Assembly: GCA_963677035.1 (NCBI GenBank)
Contig: OY781472.1
Coordinates: 2,879,658 to 2,943,657 of the forward strand
Origin: an uncultured Hyphomonas sp.
GTDB taxonomy: Bacteria > Pseudomonadota > Alphaproteobacteria > Caulobacterales > Hyphomonadaceae
Direction: 5' to 3'
Length of the DNA stretch: 64,000 bases
In this document: piece after piece, positions 8,555-17,367 of the stretch
How the letters are laid out: each line of letters begins with the position of its first letter
Numbering within the stretch: the stretch's first letter is position 1
Made by a program: the position numbers and the translations under genes
The notes under the pieces: model-generated
What the model saw: the letters and a program-made list of their open reading frames with translations, nothing else
The model's database searches: none
Told to the model about the DNA's origin: nothing

Positions 8555-9973
8555 CTAGAGCGACTTGACGATGTCCTCGACCATCTTCTTGGCATCCGAC
8601 AGCAGCATCATCGTGTTGTCGTTGAAGAAGAGCGGGTTATCGACCCCGGCATAGCCAGACCCCATGGAGCGCTTCACGAACAGCACCGTGCGGGCATTCT
8701 CGACGTCCAGAACCGGCATGCCGTAGATCGGCGATGTTTTGTCCGTCTTGGCCGACGGGTTGGTGACATCGTTTGCGCCGATAACGAAGGCGACGTCTGC
8801 GGTCGAGAATTCGGAGTTGATATCCTCCAGCTCGAACACTTCGTCATAAGGCACCTGCGCTTCGGCCAGCAGCACGTTCATGTGCCCCGGCATCCGGCCG
8901 GCGACCGGGTGGATGGCGTACTTCACTTCGACGCCTTCTTCCTTCAGCAGCTCGGCCATTTCCTTGAGGGCGTGCTGGGCCTGCGCCACCGCCATGCCGT
9001 AGCCCGGCACGATGATGACTTTGGACGCGTTCTTCATGATGAAGGCGGCGTCGTCTGCCGAGCCCTTCTTGAACGGGCGGTCGACGGCCGGGCCGCCTGC
9101 GCCTGCTGCGGAATCGTCTGCGCCGAAGCCACCGAGGATCACCGAGATGAAACTACGGTTCATGCCCTTACACATGATGTAGGACAGGATGGCCCCGGAG
9201 GAGCCGACGAGGGCGCCGGTGATGATCAGCGCGAAATTGCCGAGCGTGAAACCGAGCGCCGCAGCTGCCCAGCCGGAATAGGAGTTCAGCATCGATACGA
9301 CGACCGGCATGTCCGCCCCGCCGATCGGAATGATCAGCGTGATGCCGAGGATCAGCGCCAGGACAGTGACGCCCCAGAAGGCCCACTGCGCGTCACCGCC
9401 GGTGGTGATCAGGTAGCCCAGCAGGCCGATAATGCCAGCCGCGATCAGGATGTTCAGCAGGTGCCGGGCGGGCAGCATGATCGGGGAGCCCGACATGTTC
9501 CCGTTGAGCTTCGCGAAGGCGATGATCGAGCCCGTGAAGGTGAGCGCGCCGATGGCGGAGCCGAGGCCCAGCTCGATCAGCGAGTTCACATGAATGCCTT
9601 CGACGCCCATGATCCCGAACTGGATCGGCGAGTAGAGCGCGGCAGCGGCGACCAGCACGGCGGCGAGGCCGACGAGGCTGTGGAAGGCGGCGACCAGCTG
9701 CGGCATGGCCGTCATCGGGATGCGGCGGGCAATGATGGCGCCGATGACGCCGCCCACGGCAACGCCGCCCAGGATCATGGCCCAGGTGGTGGGATCAAGT
9801 TCGCCCCAGAGCAGGGCGAGCGTGGTGCCCACAGCGATGGCCATACCGATCATGCCATTGCGGTTGCCCGCGCGGCTGGTGGCAGGGCTGGAAAGGCCGC
9901 GCAGGGCCAGGATGAAGAGGATGCCGGCGACAAGATAGAGCAGCGGCGCCCATGTGGTCTGGAAGGAGTCCAT
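8555..9973 (-). CDS. pntB: NAD(P) transhydrogenase subunit beta
   Basis: Multi-TM N-terminal half plus the dIII NADP(H) domain (GYGMAVAQAQH, HPVAGRMPGHMNVLLAEA). Confidence 0.95.
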   Translation of the reverse strand: MDSFQTTWAPLLYLVAGILFILALRGLSSPATSRAGNRNGMIGMAIAVGTTLALLWGELDPTTWAMILGGVAVGGVIGAIIARRIPMTAMPQLVAAFHSLVGLAAVLVAAAALYSPIQFGIMGVEGIHVNSLIELGLGSAIGALTFTGSIIAFAKLNGNMSGSPIMLPARHLLNILIAAGIIGLLGYLITTGGDAQWAFWGVTVLALILGITLIIPIGGADMPVVVSMLNSYSGWAAAALGFTLGNFALIITGALVGSSGAILSYIMCKGMNRSFISVILGGFGADDSAAGAGGPAVDRPFKKGSADDAAFIMKNASKVIIVPGYGMAVAQAQHALKEMAELLKEEGVEVKYAIHPVAGRMPGHMNVLLAEAQVPYDEVFELEDINSEFSTADVAFVIGANDVTNPSAKTDKTSPIYGMPVLDVENARTVLFVKRSMGSGYAGVDNPLFFNDNTMMLLSDAKKMVEDIVKSL

Positions 9974-9976
9974 GAG

Positions 9977-10342
9977 TTAGTCCCCCTTCTTCTTGTACAT
10001 GGCCAGCATGCGCTGGGTGACGAGGAAACCGCCGAAAATGTTCACGCTGGCGAGCGCGACGGCGACCGTGCCGAGGATCTTGGAGACCCAGTTGTCGGAG
10101 TTGAGGCCGACCGTGGCCGCAGCCACGAGCGCGCCGACGATGATCACGGACGAAATGGCGTTCGTCACGGCCATCAGCGGCGTGTGCAGGGCGGGGGTGA
10201 CGCTCCACACGACATAATAGCCAACGAAACAGGCCATGGCGAAGATCGCCGCGAGGAAGACCGTCGGATTGACGGCGCCACCTTCGGCAAGGGCGGGCAG
10301 CGCAAAGCTGGCCGCGGCGAGGGTCAGGAGTGCGCGTTTCAT
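9977..10342 (-). CDS. pntAB: NAD(P) transhydrogenase subunit alpha part 2 (membrane)
   Basis: [34 protein letters not shown] is the conserved PntAB core. ATGA overlap with the upstream pntAA. Confidence 0.9.
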   Translation of the reverse strand: MKRALLTLAAASFALPALAEGGAVNPTVFLAAIFAMACFVGYYVVWSVTPALHTPLMAVTNAISSVIIVGALVAAATVGLNSDNWVSKILGTVAVALASVNIFGGFLVTQRMLAMYKKKGD

Positions 10343-11469
10343 GATTGAATCCTTTCGTTCACCGTTTCGCCGCCCCGTGTGAGGAGCATGGCGACGACGA
10401 CTTCGTCATCGGTGTCGAGATTGAGGCTGCTGTCTTCGGCTGTCACGAGCGGCAGGAAGGCCAGCAGGTTCTTGGCGTAGAGCGAGGAGGAGTCCGCAGG
10501 CAGGCGGGCGGGCAGGTTCGAGAACCCGGCCACTTTCACGCCGCCGACATCGACGATCTCATCCGGCGCGGACAGGGGGCAGTTGCCGCCCTGGGCCACC
10601 GCCATGTCGACGATGACCGATCCCGGCTTCATGCTCTTCACCATTTCCTCGGTGATCAGGACAGGCGCAGCGCGGCCCGGAATCAGGGCCGTGGTGACCA
10701 CGATGTCCTGCTTGGCGATGTGGCTGGCTGTGAGTTCGGCCTGTTTGGCCTGGTATTCCGGGGACATTTGCTTGGCATAGCCGCCTGCGGTCTCTGCCGC
10801 TTTGAACTCATCATCCTCCACCGCAATGAACTTGGCGCCGAGCGAGGCGACCTGTTCCTTGGCGGCGGGGCGCACGTCTGTTGCGGTCACGACACCGCCG
10901 AGGCGGCGAGCCGTCGCGATGGCTTGCAGGCCAGCAACGCCGGCCCCCATGACAAACACTTTTGCCGGCGCGACCGTGCCCGCAGCGGTCATCATCATCG
11001 GCATGGCGCGGCCATAGATCTGCGCGCCTTCAATAACGGCCCGATAGCCGGAGAGGTTTGACTGGGACGAGAGCGCATCCATGCTCTGCGCCCGGGTGAT
11101 GCGCGGGGTGAACTCCATCGAGAGCGCCGCGATCTTTTTCGCGTTCAGCCCTGCAATGACCTTCGGGTCCATCGCAAATGGCTCCATGAGGGCGATCAGG
11201 GCGGCCCCGTCCGGCAGGTTCGCGATCTCGCCTTCTTCCGGTCCGCGGACCTTGAAGACGATGTCTGCCCCCTGGACGGCTGCAGCGGCATCCTTTGCAA
11301 CAGATGCGCCTGCTTCCTCATAGGCGGAGTCCAGAAATCCGGCAGTCTTGCCGGCATCGGACTCGATTGTAACCGAGTGGCCGGAGGCCACTAGCTTCTT
11401 GACCGTCTCTGGTGTAGCCGCCACACGGGTTTCACCAGAACGTCGTTCCCTCAGCACTGATATTTTCAT
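10339..11469 (-). CDS. pntAA: NAD(P) transhydrogenase subunit alpha part 1 (dI)
   Basis: The [26 protein letters not shown] start is typical of PntAA, and the Rossmann motif [12 protein letters not shown] is present. The track start at 11598 adds 43 implausible residues. Confidence 0.9.
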   Translation of the reverse strand: MKISVLRERRSGETRVAATPETVKKLVASGHSVTIESDAGKTAGFLDSAYEEAGASVAKDAAAAVQGADIVFKVRGPEEGEIANLPDGAALIALMEPFAMDPKVIAGLNAKKIAALSMEFTPRITRAQSMDALSSQSNLSGYRAVIEGAQIYGRAMPMMMTAAGTVAPAKVFVMGAGVAGLQAIATARRLGGVVTATDVRPAAKEQVASLGAKFIAVEDDEFKAAETAGGYAKQMSPEYQAKQAELTASHIAKQDIVVTTALIPGRAAPVLITEEMVKSMKPGSVIVDMAVAQGGNCPLSAPDEIVDVGGVKVAGFSNLPARLPADSSSLYAKNLLAFLPLVTAEDSSLNLDTDDEVVVAMLLTRGGETVNERIQS

Positions 11470-11529
11470 GTCGGAAGGAGTAGCGATAGAATCTTGCGTT
11501 GTGCAAGCCCAGAATGAGGAGTTTGGGGC

Positions 11530-12297
11530 ATGGATTTGTTTAGTCTTACTGATAGGACAGCGTTGGTGACCGGCGCGTCGAGCGGTTTGGGACGCCATTT
11601 TGCGAAAGTTCTGTCAAAGGCCGGGGCAGATGTCGTGTTGGCTGCGCGCCGCATGGATCGGCTGGAAGCGCTGGCCGAAGAGATCACCAAATCCGGTGGC
11701 CGCGCTTTGCCGGTGGAGTTGGATGTGACGTCCGACGACAGCGTCAGCGGCGCGTTCGCGACGATTAAAGAATCGCTCGGCCGCCCGTGCGATATCATTG
11801 TGAGCAATTCCGGAATGTCGCGCGATACCTGGTTCCGTGAGCAAAGCGAAGACGATTGGAACGCTGTGATCGACACCAATCTCAATGGCGTCTGGCGGGT
11901 CGGTAAGCATGCAACGAACGCCATGATCGATGCCGGTGTCCCTGGTTCGATCATCAATATCGCTTCGATCACCGGCTTGCAGCCGCAGATGATGACCACG
12001 GCGTATTGTGTCTCCAAGGCCGGTGTCGAGCACATGACAAAGCAGATGGCGCTGGAGAATGCCCGTTACGGCATCCGCGTGAACGCGATTTCGCCCGGCT
12101 ACTACAAGACCGACATCAATGCCGATTATCTCGACTCCGATGCGGGCGACAAAATGCGCAAGCGGATCGCGATGAAGCGTTTTGGCGAGCATCAGGAACT
12201 GGATGGCGCGTTGCTGCTGCTGTCGTCTCAGGCGGGCAGCTATATGACCGGTGCGAACATCGTCGTTGATGGCGGTCATCTGCTGATGCCGCTGTGA
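11530..12297 (+). CDS. SDR family oxidoreductase
   Basis: TGASSGLG cofactor motif, NNAG-like region and the catalytic Y..xK (YCVSK). Confidence 0.85.
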   Translation: MDLFSLTDRTALVTGASSGLGRHFAKVLSKAGADVVLAARRMDRLEALAEEITKSGGRALPVELDVTSDDSVSGAFATIKESLGRPCDIIVSNSGMSRDTWFREQSEDDWNAVIDTNLNGVWRVGKHATNAMIDAGVPGSIINIASITGLQPQMMTTAYCVSKAGVEHMTKQMALENARYGIRVNAISPGYYKTDINADYLDSDAGDKMRKRIAMKRFGEHQELDGALLLLSSQAGSYMTGANIVVDGGHLLMPL

Positions 12298-12382
12298 TTC
12301 GAAATTTCGATTCTTTTAACCGGCGTTAGCCAAGCCTTAGTGACTGGGGTGGCAGAAAAGCGGTAATCTGCAGGAGATTGCC

Positions 12383-12646
12383 GTGTCTGCCCTCAAGGTC
12401 TCGAAACCAACTCATTCAGAAGCTGATGCCGAGCCTGCGGCGAATCCCGAAGGATCGGCGCAGGACTGGCCGTTCGGCGAGCCGAGGGGGCATGGCGATG
12501 CGTCACCGGCCCTGAAGCTGCAGTCATTGCTGGCAGACCGCCTCCACAAGGCAGACCGGTTTCCCGTGCGTGGAACCCTCGCCATGCTGGCGGTGCTTTG
12601 CCTGTCCCTGTCTGTGGCAGGCCTCTATCTGATGACAATCGCCTGA
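12383..12646 (+). CDS. Hypothetical small tail-anchored membrane protein
   Basis: GTG start 6 nt after AGGAG (12372-12376). Acidic, disordered N-terminus and a single C-terminal TM (LAMLAVLCLSLSVAGLYLM). No family recognised. Confidence 0.45.
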   Translation: MSALKVSKPTHSEADAEPAANPEGSAQDWPFGEPRGHGDASPALKLQSLLADRLHKADRFPVRGTLAMLAVLCLSLSVAGLYLMTIA

Positions 12647-12740
12647 CACATTGCCTGGGTAGGGTGTGAATCGCTGCCCCGGGTGACCTTGGCAGGAAAT
12701 TTGCTTATCAATCAGAGCAGTGTTCACCTGATACACGAGA

Positions 12741-13625
12741 ATGGATTTTGAAATGCGCGTAAAAAAGGCTGTCCTTCCGGTCGCCGGGTTTGGCACACGT
12801 GTTCTGCCGGCAACGAAAGCGATTCCGAAGGAAATGCTTCCGGTCGTAGACCGTCCGGCCATCCAATATGTGGTCGATGAAGCGCTCGAGGCGGGAATTG
12901 AGCACATCGTATTTGTTACGGGGCGCAACAAAGGCGCCATCGAAGACTATTTCGACCATTCCTATGAACTGGAAGAAGCGCTGGTCGCCAAGAAGAAAGA
13001 CGCCATCCTGAAACAGGTGGAGCAGAGCCGTCTGCCAGCCGGTGGTGCCAGCTTTACCCGCCAGCAGAAGCCACTCGGCCTTGGCCATGCGGTCTGGTGT
13101 GCCCGCGACATCATCGGAAACGAGCCGTTCGCGGTGCTGCTGCCGGATGTTATCGTGAAGGGCAAGCCGTCCTGCCTGGCGCAGATGGTTGAGGCGTATG
13201 ACAAGGTCGGCGGAAACATTGTTGCCGTGGACCCGGTGCCGGAAGAGCGCGTGTCGTCCTATGGCGTGATCGCGCCCGTCGAGCGGGATGGCCGCCTGAT
13301 CCGCATGTCGGCCATGGTCGAGAAACCGCCGGTCGAATCGGCGCCGTCAAATCTGGCCATTACGGGCCGCTACATCCTTCAGCCGGAAATCTTCGATCTG
13401 CTGGAAAATCAGGGCAAAGGCGCTGGCGGTGAGATCCAGCTGACGGACTCCATGGCGAGCCTGATGGAGACGCAGGCCTTCTACGCCTATGAATTTGAAG
13501 GCGCGCCGTATGACTGCGGGTCCAAGGCTGGCTATTTTGAGGCGGTCCTCGCACATGCGCTTGATCATGAGGAAACTTCTGCCAGCGCGCGTGCACTGGT
13601 GAAGAAGTTCGCCGCAGGCCTTTAA
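12741..13625 (+). CDS. galU: UTP--glucose-1-phosphate uridylyltransferase
   Basis: KAVLPVAGFGTRVLPATKAIPKEMLPVVD.P.IQY motif. An alternative start at 12753 is possible. Confidence 0.9.
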   Translation: MDFEMRVKKAVLPVAGFGTRVLPATKAIPKEMLPVVDRPAIQYVVDEALEAGIEHIVFVTGRNKGAIEDYFDHSYELEEALVAKKKDAILKQVEQSRLPAGGASFTRQQKPLGLGHAVWCARDIIGNEPFAVLLPDVIVKGKPSCLAQMVEAYDKVGGNIVAVDPVPEERVSSYGVIAPVERDGRLIRMSAMVEKPPVESAPSNLAITGRYILQPEIFDLLENQGKGAGGEIQLTDSMASLMETQAFYAYEFEGAPYDCGSKAGYFEAVLAHALDHEETSASARALVKKFAAGL

Positions 13626-13664
13626 ACCGATTTTCCCGGAGGTCATGGCGCGCTATGGAGCGCC

Positions 13665-14654
13665 ATGACCTGCGATTCTCTCCCAACATATTCCGATGTC
13701 GCCGCGGCAGCCCAGCGGCTGAATGGCCTTGTCCGCAAAACGCCGGTCCTGCGGCATGATGCGCTGGACGCCCTCGCGGGCGCCCGTGTTTTCGTGAAGG
13801 CTGAATGCCTCCAGGAAACAGGCAGCTTCAAGATACGCGGGGCGACGAACCGCCTGCTGCAGATCCCGGAAGACCGGCGCGCGGCAGGGGTCGTGGCTTT
13901 CTCCTCCGGCAATCATGCGCAGGGTGTCGCGCGTGCGGCGCGCTTGCTGGGCATGCCTGCCCTGATCGTCATGCCATCCGATGCGCCCGCAGTGAAAGTG
14001 GAAGGCGTGGAGGCCGATGGCGGCGAAGTGCATCTCTACGATCGCAACACTGAGAACCGCGAAGAGATCGCAGGCCAGATCGCGGCGGAACGCGGGGCTG
14101 TTCTGGTGCCGAGTTTTGAAGACCCGCATATCATCTGCGGGCAGGGCACGGCGGGTCTGGAGTTTGTTGCTCAGATGGAAGAGGCGGGCGGAAAGCTCGA
14201 TCATCTTGTGACCCCGGCCGGCGGCGGCGGGCTCGCCTCCGGTCTTGCGCTCGCCCTGGAAGGCACGTCGCCGGACACGGGCATCTGGGTCGCAGAGCCG
14301 GAGGGACATGATGACTGGACCCGTTCGCTGAAGAGCGGGCGGATTGAACGGAACGCGCCCGGAACCCGCTCCATCTGTGATGCGATCCTCACGCCCGCGC
14401 CGGGGGAGATGACGTATGCCATCGGCAGCCGGTTGTTCTCAGGTGGCCTGGTGATCACCGATGCGCAGGCGAAAGAGGCGATGCGCATGGCGTTCCGCTA
14501 TCTCAGGATTGTCGCCGAACCGGGCGGGGCGGCCGCGCTGGCCGCTGCGCTGGCCTGTTTGCCTGAAGACATGAAGGGCAAGACTGTCGGTGTTGTCGTC
14601 AGCGGCGGCAATGTGGATGCGGCTGAGTATGCCAGCATCCTGACAGGTAGCTGA
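13665..14654 (+). CDS. PLP-dependent threonine/serine dehydratase (serine racemase-like)
   Basis: PLP lysine motif ETGSFKIRGA and the glycine loop GGGGL. SD GGAG at 13657-13660. Confidence 0.85.
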   Translation: MTCDSLPTYSDVAAAAQRLNGLVRKTPVLRHDALDALAGARVFVKAECLQETGSFKIRGATNRLLQIPEDRRAAGVVAFSSGNHAQGVARAARLLGMPALIVMPSDAPAVKVEGVEADGGEVHLYDRNTENREEIAGQIAAERGAVLVPSFEDPHIICGQGTAGLEFVAQMEEAGGKLDHLVTPAGGGGLASGLALALEGTSPDTGIWVAEPEGHDDWTRSLKSGRIERNAPGTRSICDAILTPAPGEMTYAIGSRLFSGGLVITDAQAKEAMRMAFRYLRIVAEPGGAAALAAALACLPEDMKGKTVGVVVSGGNVDAAEYASILTGS

Positions 14655-14901
14655 AGCGAAGAAACTGATACGCCAACGGATTGAGTGGCTCGTCACCCTA
14701 AGCGTGAGCGGGGGCGTCTGCGTGCCGGTACATCAAACTCAGTATTTATGGTTTGCCACAGGTTAATTGACCTTGCTCGTTGGTTAACGCGCCCTTCCGG
14801 CAGATTCCGAGATTTTTCTGTGCGTCTTCAAGAGACCTTACCGTCTACGTCATAACCATGACAGTCGGAGCATCGCGCCAGAAAGGCGCTGCGAGGGAGC
14901 A

Positions 14902-15786
14902 ATGAAAATAACACCCTTAATCAGTCTGGGTTTGTCTGTCGTCTTGGGTGCCGGCGCCATCCTGCTTGGCCGGTACTACATGTCGGACGCGCGTACACGG
15001 GCAGAAGCCCAGACAAGCGTACCTGCAGTTTCAATGGCGGGTGTCATGGTTGCCGCACGGACCATCGAGACCGGAGAGCAGCTGGACGCGTCCATGCTGA
15101 AACGTGTGGAATGGCCCGAAAACATCATACCTGAAGGCACGCTGAGCGATCCGGAAGCCCTTCCGGAAAAGGTCTATTCGCGTGGTCTGATCATTGAAGG
15201 CGAACCCGTAAATGTCAGCAAGCTGGACATGAGCGGTGCAACATTGACCCTGGCAGGATCCATCAAACCGGGCATGCGGGCTGTTTCAATTGTCGTGCGT
15301 AACGACACAGGCGTGTCCGGATTTGTGCTGCCGGGGGACCGGGTGGACGTGAACGAATTCATTCCCCGCGAAGGGCGCGGAAGTTCCTATGCGCGCGGCG
15401 ATGAAGACATGCGCATTTCCGGCGATCTGATCGCCCGGCCCGTGCTGAAGAATGTGTCTGTCCTGGCAGTTGACCAGACATTCGAACCCAATCTGGAAGG
15501 TGCGATGCCGTCAAACACGGTGACGCTGGAGGTGACACCGGAAGGCTCACTTGCCGTCGGCGCAGCAAGCCAGCGCGGCGCGCTTGGCCTTGCCCTGATC
15601 GGCCGGGATGAAGAGGCCGACCTGGTGGTCGCTGCGCGGAAAGATGTGAAAAAGCCTGCCGTCCGGGCGGTCGTGCGCCGCAGGTCACCCTCCACGACAC
15701 AGGTACGCGTTATCAACGGTAATCAGGAGACGGAGGTCTCGGCGCCGATCAGCCCGGGCAACCCTCCGAAAAAGGTGACAGACTGA
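14902..15786 (+). CDS. cpaB: Flp/Tad pilus assembly protein CpaB
   Basis: N-terminal TM, SAF-like region and RcpC/CpaB-like C-terminus. First gene of the cpaBC..cpaEF-tadBC array. SD GAGGGAG. Confidence 0.9.
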   Translation: MKITPLISLGLSVVLGAGAILLGRYYMSDARTRAEAQTSVPAVSMAGVMVAARTIETGEQLDASMLKRVEWPENIIPEGTLSDPEALPEKVYSRGLIIEGEPVNVSKLDMSGATLTLAGSIKPGMRAVSIVVRNDTGVSGFVLPGDRVDVNEFIPREGRGSSYARGDEDMRISGDLIARPVLKNVSVLAVDQTFEPNLEGAMPSNTVTLEVTPEGSLAVGAASQRGALGLALIGRDEEADLVVAARKDVKKPAVRAVVRRRSPSTTQVRVINGNQETEVSAPISPGNPPKKVTD

Positions 15787-17078
15787 TGGAACGTTTGAAT
15801 CGCATGATGCTGGCCGGGTGTCTGGCCATGATGTTTACGACACTTCAAGCGGCGGCGTGGACACAGCGCACGGCAGCGGCAACCGACGAGATGCTCGTCG
15901 TGGAGAAGGGGCGTTCGGCTGTCGTGGAGGCGAATGCGCCATTCACGACTCTGGTCGTGGCTGATCCGGATATCGCAGAAGCGATGGCCACATCGAACCA
16001 GTCCTTTTTCCTGCGCGGCAAGATGCCCGGATCGACGACGGTGCTGATCTATGGTGCCAGCGGTCAGATCGCGGAACTGATCAATGTAGAAGTGGAGCTC
16101 GGTCTGGATGAGTTGCGTACAGACCTTTCCAACCTGCTGCCGGGCGAAGATATTCAGGTCTATCCCGTTCACGATGGAATCTTTCTTGATGGCAAGCTGA
16201 CGACAGCGGCGGCGGCGGACATGGCCCTGCAAGTGGCTGAGCGTTACGTACCGGGTGGTGTCGCCAACGGCCTGTCCATCGGCCAAAGCCAGCAGGTGCT
16301 TCTGGAGGTTCGTTTCCTGGAGGCCAGCCGCAACGCAGTGAAGGAAATCGGTTTTGGCAACACCATTGATGCCAATGATGTCATCGCTTCCACCGATTCC
16401 GGGACAGTCTCGGGCCTCGCTGAGAAAACGGTCGCCCTTTTTACCAATGTCGGGAACGAAAACATCGATGTTCGTTTGCGTGCGCTTGAAGAGAAGGGCG
16501 TCATTCGGACCCTCGCAGAACCAAACCTTGTCGCCCTGTCTGGTGATACGGCGAGCTTCCTGGCAGGTGGTGAGTTCCCGATCCCGGTGGGGCAGCGCGA
16601 TGGCGAGATTTCGGTCGAGTTCAAGAAATTCGGCGTCGGCCTGGACTTTACGCCGACGGTGCTTGGCGACGGACTGGTCAATCTGCGCGTTCGTCCGGAA
16701 GTGTCGGCGCTTGATCGCAATAATGGCATCCGGGCATCCAATATAGAAATTCCCGGCATCTCGGTTCGCCGTGCAGATACGACCATCGAATTGCGGGACG
16801 GACAGGCCTTCGCCGTCGCTGGTCTGCTGCAGAACGACTATTCCAATGATGTCCGGCAAACGCCGTGGCTCGGAAACGTGCCGGTGCTGGGCGCGCTGTT
16901 CTCGTCCAAACGCTACCAGCGCCATGAGAGCGAACTGGTCATCATCGTGACACCGCGCCTCGTTCAGCCGGCAGCCCATCCGGACATGCTGGCCTCTCCG
17001 CTGGATGCATTCGCGGAGCCGTCGGAATCTGAGTTTTTCCTCACCGACAAGACGGCGATCCCGCCAGATGGATATTGA
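15786..17078 (+). CDS. cpaC: Tad pilus secretin CpaC/RcpA
   Basis: Signal peptide, N-terminal CpaC domain and secretin core (EPNLVALSGDTASFLAGGEFPIP ... VPVLGALF). 1-nt overlap with cpaB. Confidence 0.9.
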   Translation: MERLNRMMLAGCLAMMFTTLQAAAWTQRTAAATDEMLVVEKGRSAVVEANAPFTTLVVADPDIAEAMATSNQSFFLRGKMPGSTTVLIYGASGQIAELINVEVELGLDELRTDLSNLLPGEDIQVYPVHDGIFLDGKLTTAAAADMALQVAERYVPGGVANGLSIGQSQQVLLEVRFLEASRNAVKEIGFGNTIDANDVIASTDSGTVSGLAEKTVALFTNVGNENIDVRLRALEEKGVIRTLAEPNLVALSGDTASFLAGGEFPIPVGQRDGEISVEFKKFGVGLDFTPTVLGDGLVNLRVRPEVSALDRNNGIRASNIEIPGISVRRADTTIELRDGQAFAVAGLLQNDYSNDVRQTPWLGNVPVLGALFSSKRYQRHESELVIIVTPRLVQPAAHPDMLASPLDAFAEPSESEFFLTDKTAIPPDGY

Positions 17079-17082
17079 GAAG

Positions 17083-17367
17083 ATGGGAATGAGCAAGATG
17101 AAACACTTCAGACATGGCTTGCCTTGCCTGCTGCTGGGTATTCTGCCCGCCTGTGCGTCACATGATTATCAGGATCAATACCTGCTGGGTGGAGCAAATG
17201 CGGCGAATATCGCCGAGCAGTCAATCCGTGATGTGACGGTCCCGAATTCCGAAGCGACCCAGTCATCCTCCGGTGTGCGAGCGGCAAATGCCGTCCGAGC
17301 CCTGAATGAAGGTAAGCGCAAGGAGTTGAACTCGTCAGGAACGAGCGGGAATGGGGAGTCTTCATAA
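17083..17367 (+). CDS. Small tad-locus lipoprotein, CpaD-like (much shorter than Caulobacter CpaD)
   Basis: Lipobox LLGILPAC|AS and a position equivalent to cpaD between cpaC and cpaE. Resemblance to CpaD is weak (GANAANIAEQ, AANAVRAL). Start is ambiguous (17083, 17089 or 17098). Confidence 0.5.
   Translation: MGMSKMKHFRHGLPCLLLGILPACASHDYQDQYLLGGANAANIAEQSIRDVTVPNSEATQSSSGVRAANAVRALNEGKRKELNSSGTSGNGESS

Noticed and set aside
8882-10348. A 488-aa plus-strand ORF antisense to pntB/pntAB. Similar long antisense ORFs occur at 2283-3716, 15723-17096, 17108-18748, 26711-27811, 44916-45920, 55997-57286 and 58718-59758.
   Set aside because: All lie opposite genes with unambiguous conserved motifs. 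They are rich in D/R/G/H/Q with low complexity and no SD. I treat them as high-GC shadow ORFs.
12299-12310. Perfect 12-nt palindrome TCGAAATTTCGA with two GATTC (CcrM-type GANTC) sites, right after the SDR gene stop.
   Set aside because: It is AT-only and loop-less, so it is a poor terminator. It is too short to distinguish from chance, and I could identify no partner motif.
14655-14901. Search for a Flp pilin or other small gene upstream of cpaB. The only ORF is MVCHRLIDLARWLTRPSGRFRDFSVRLQETLPSTS.
   Set aside because: It has no Flp processing motif (G/XXXXEY) or hydrophobic pilin core, and no SD. Not called.
14858-14905. A 15-codon uORF (MTVGASRQKGAARREQ) whose TGA overlaps the cpaB ATG (ATGA).
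   Set aside because: It has no SD and an unremarkable peptide. cpaB has its own strong SD (GAGGGAG) inside the uORF. Most likely a chance ORF.
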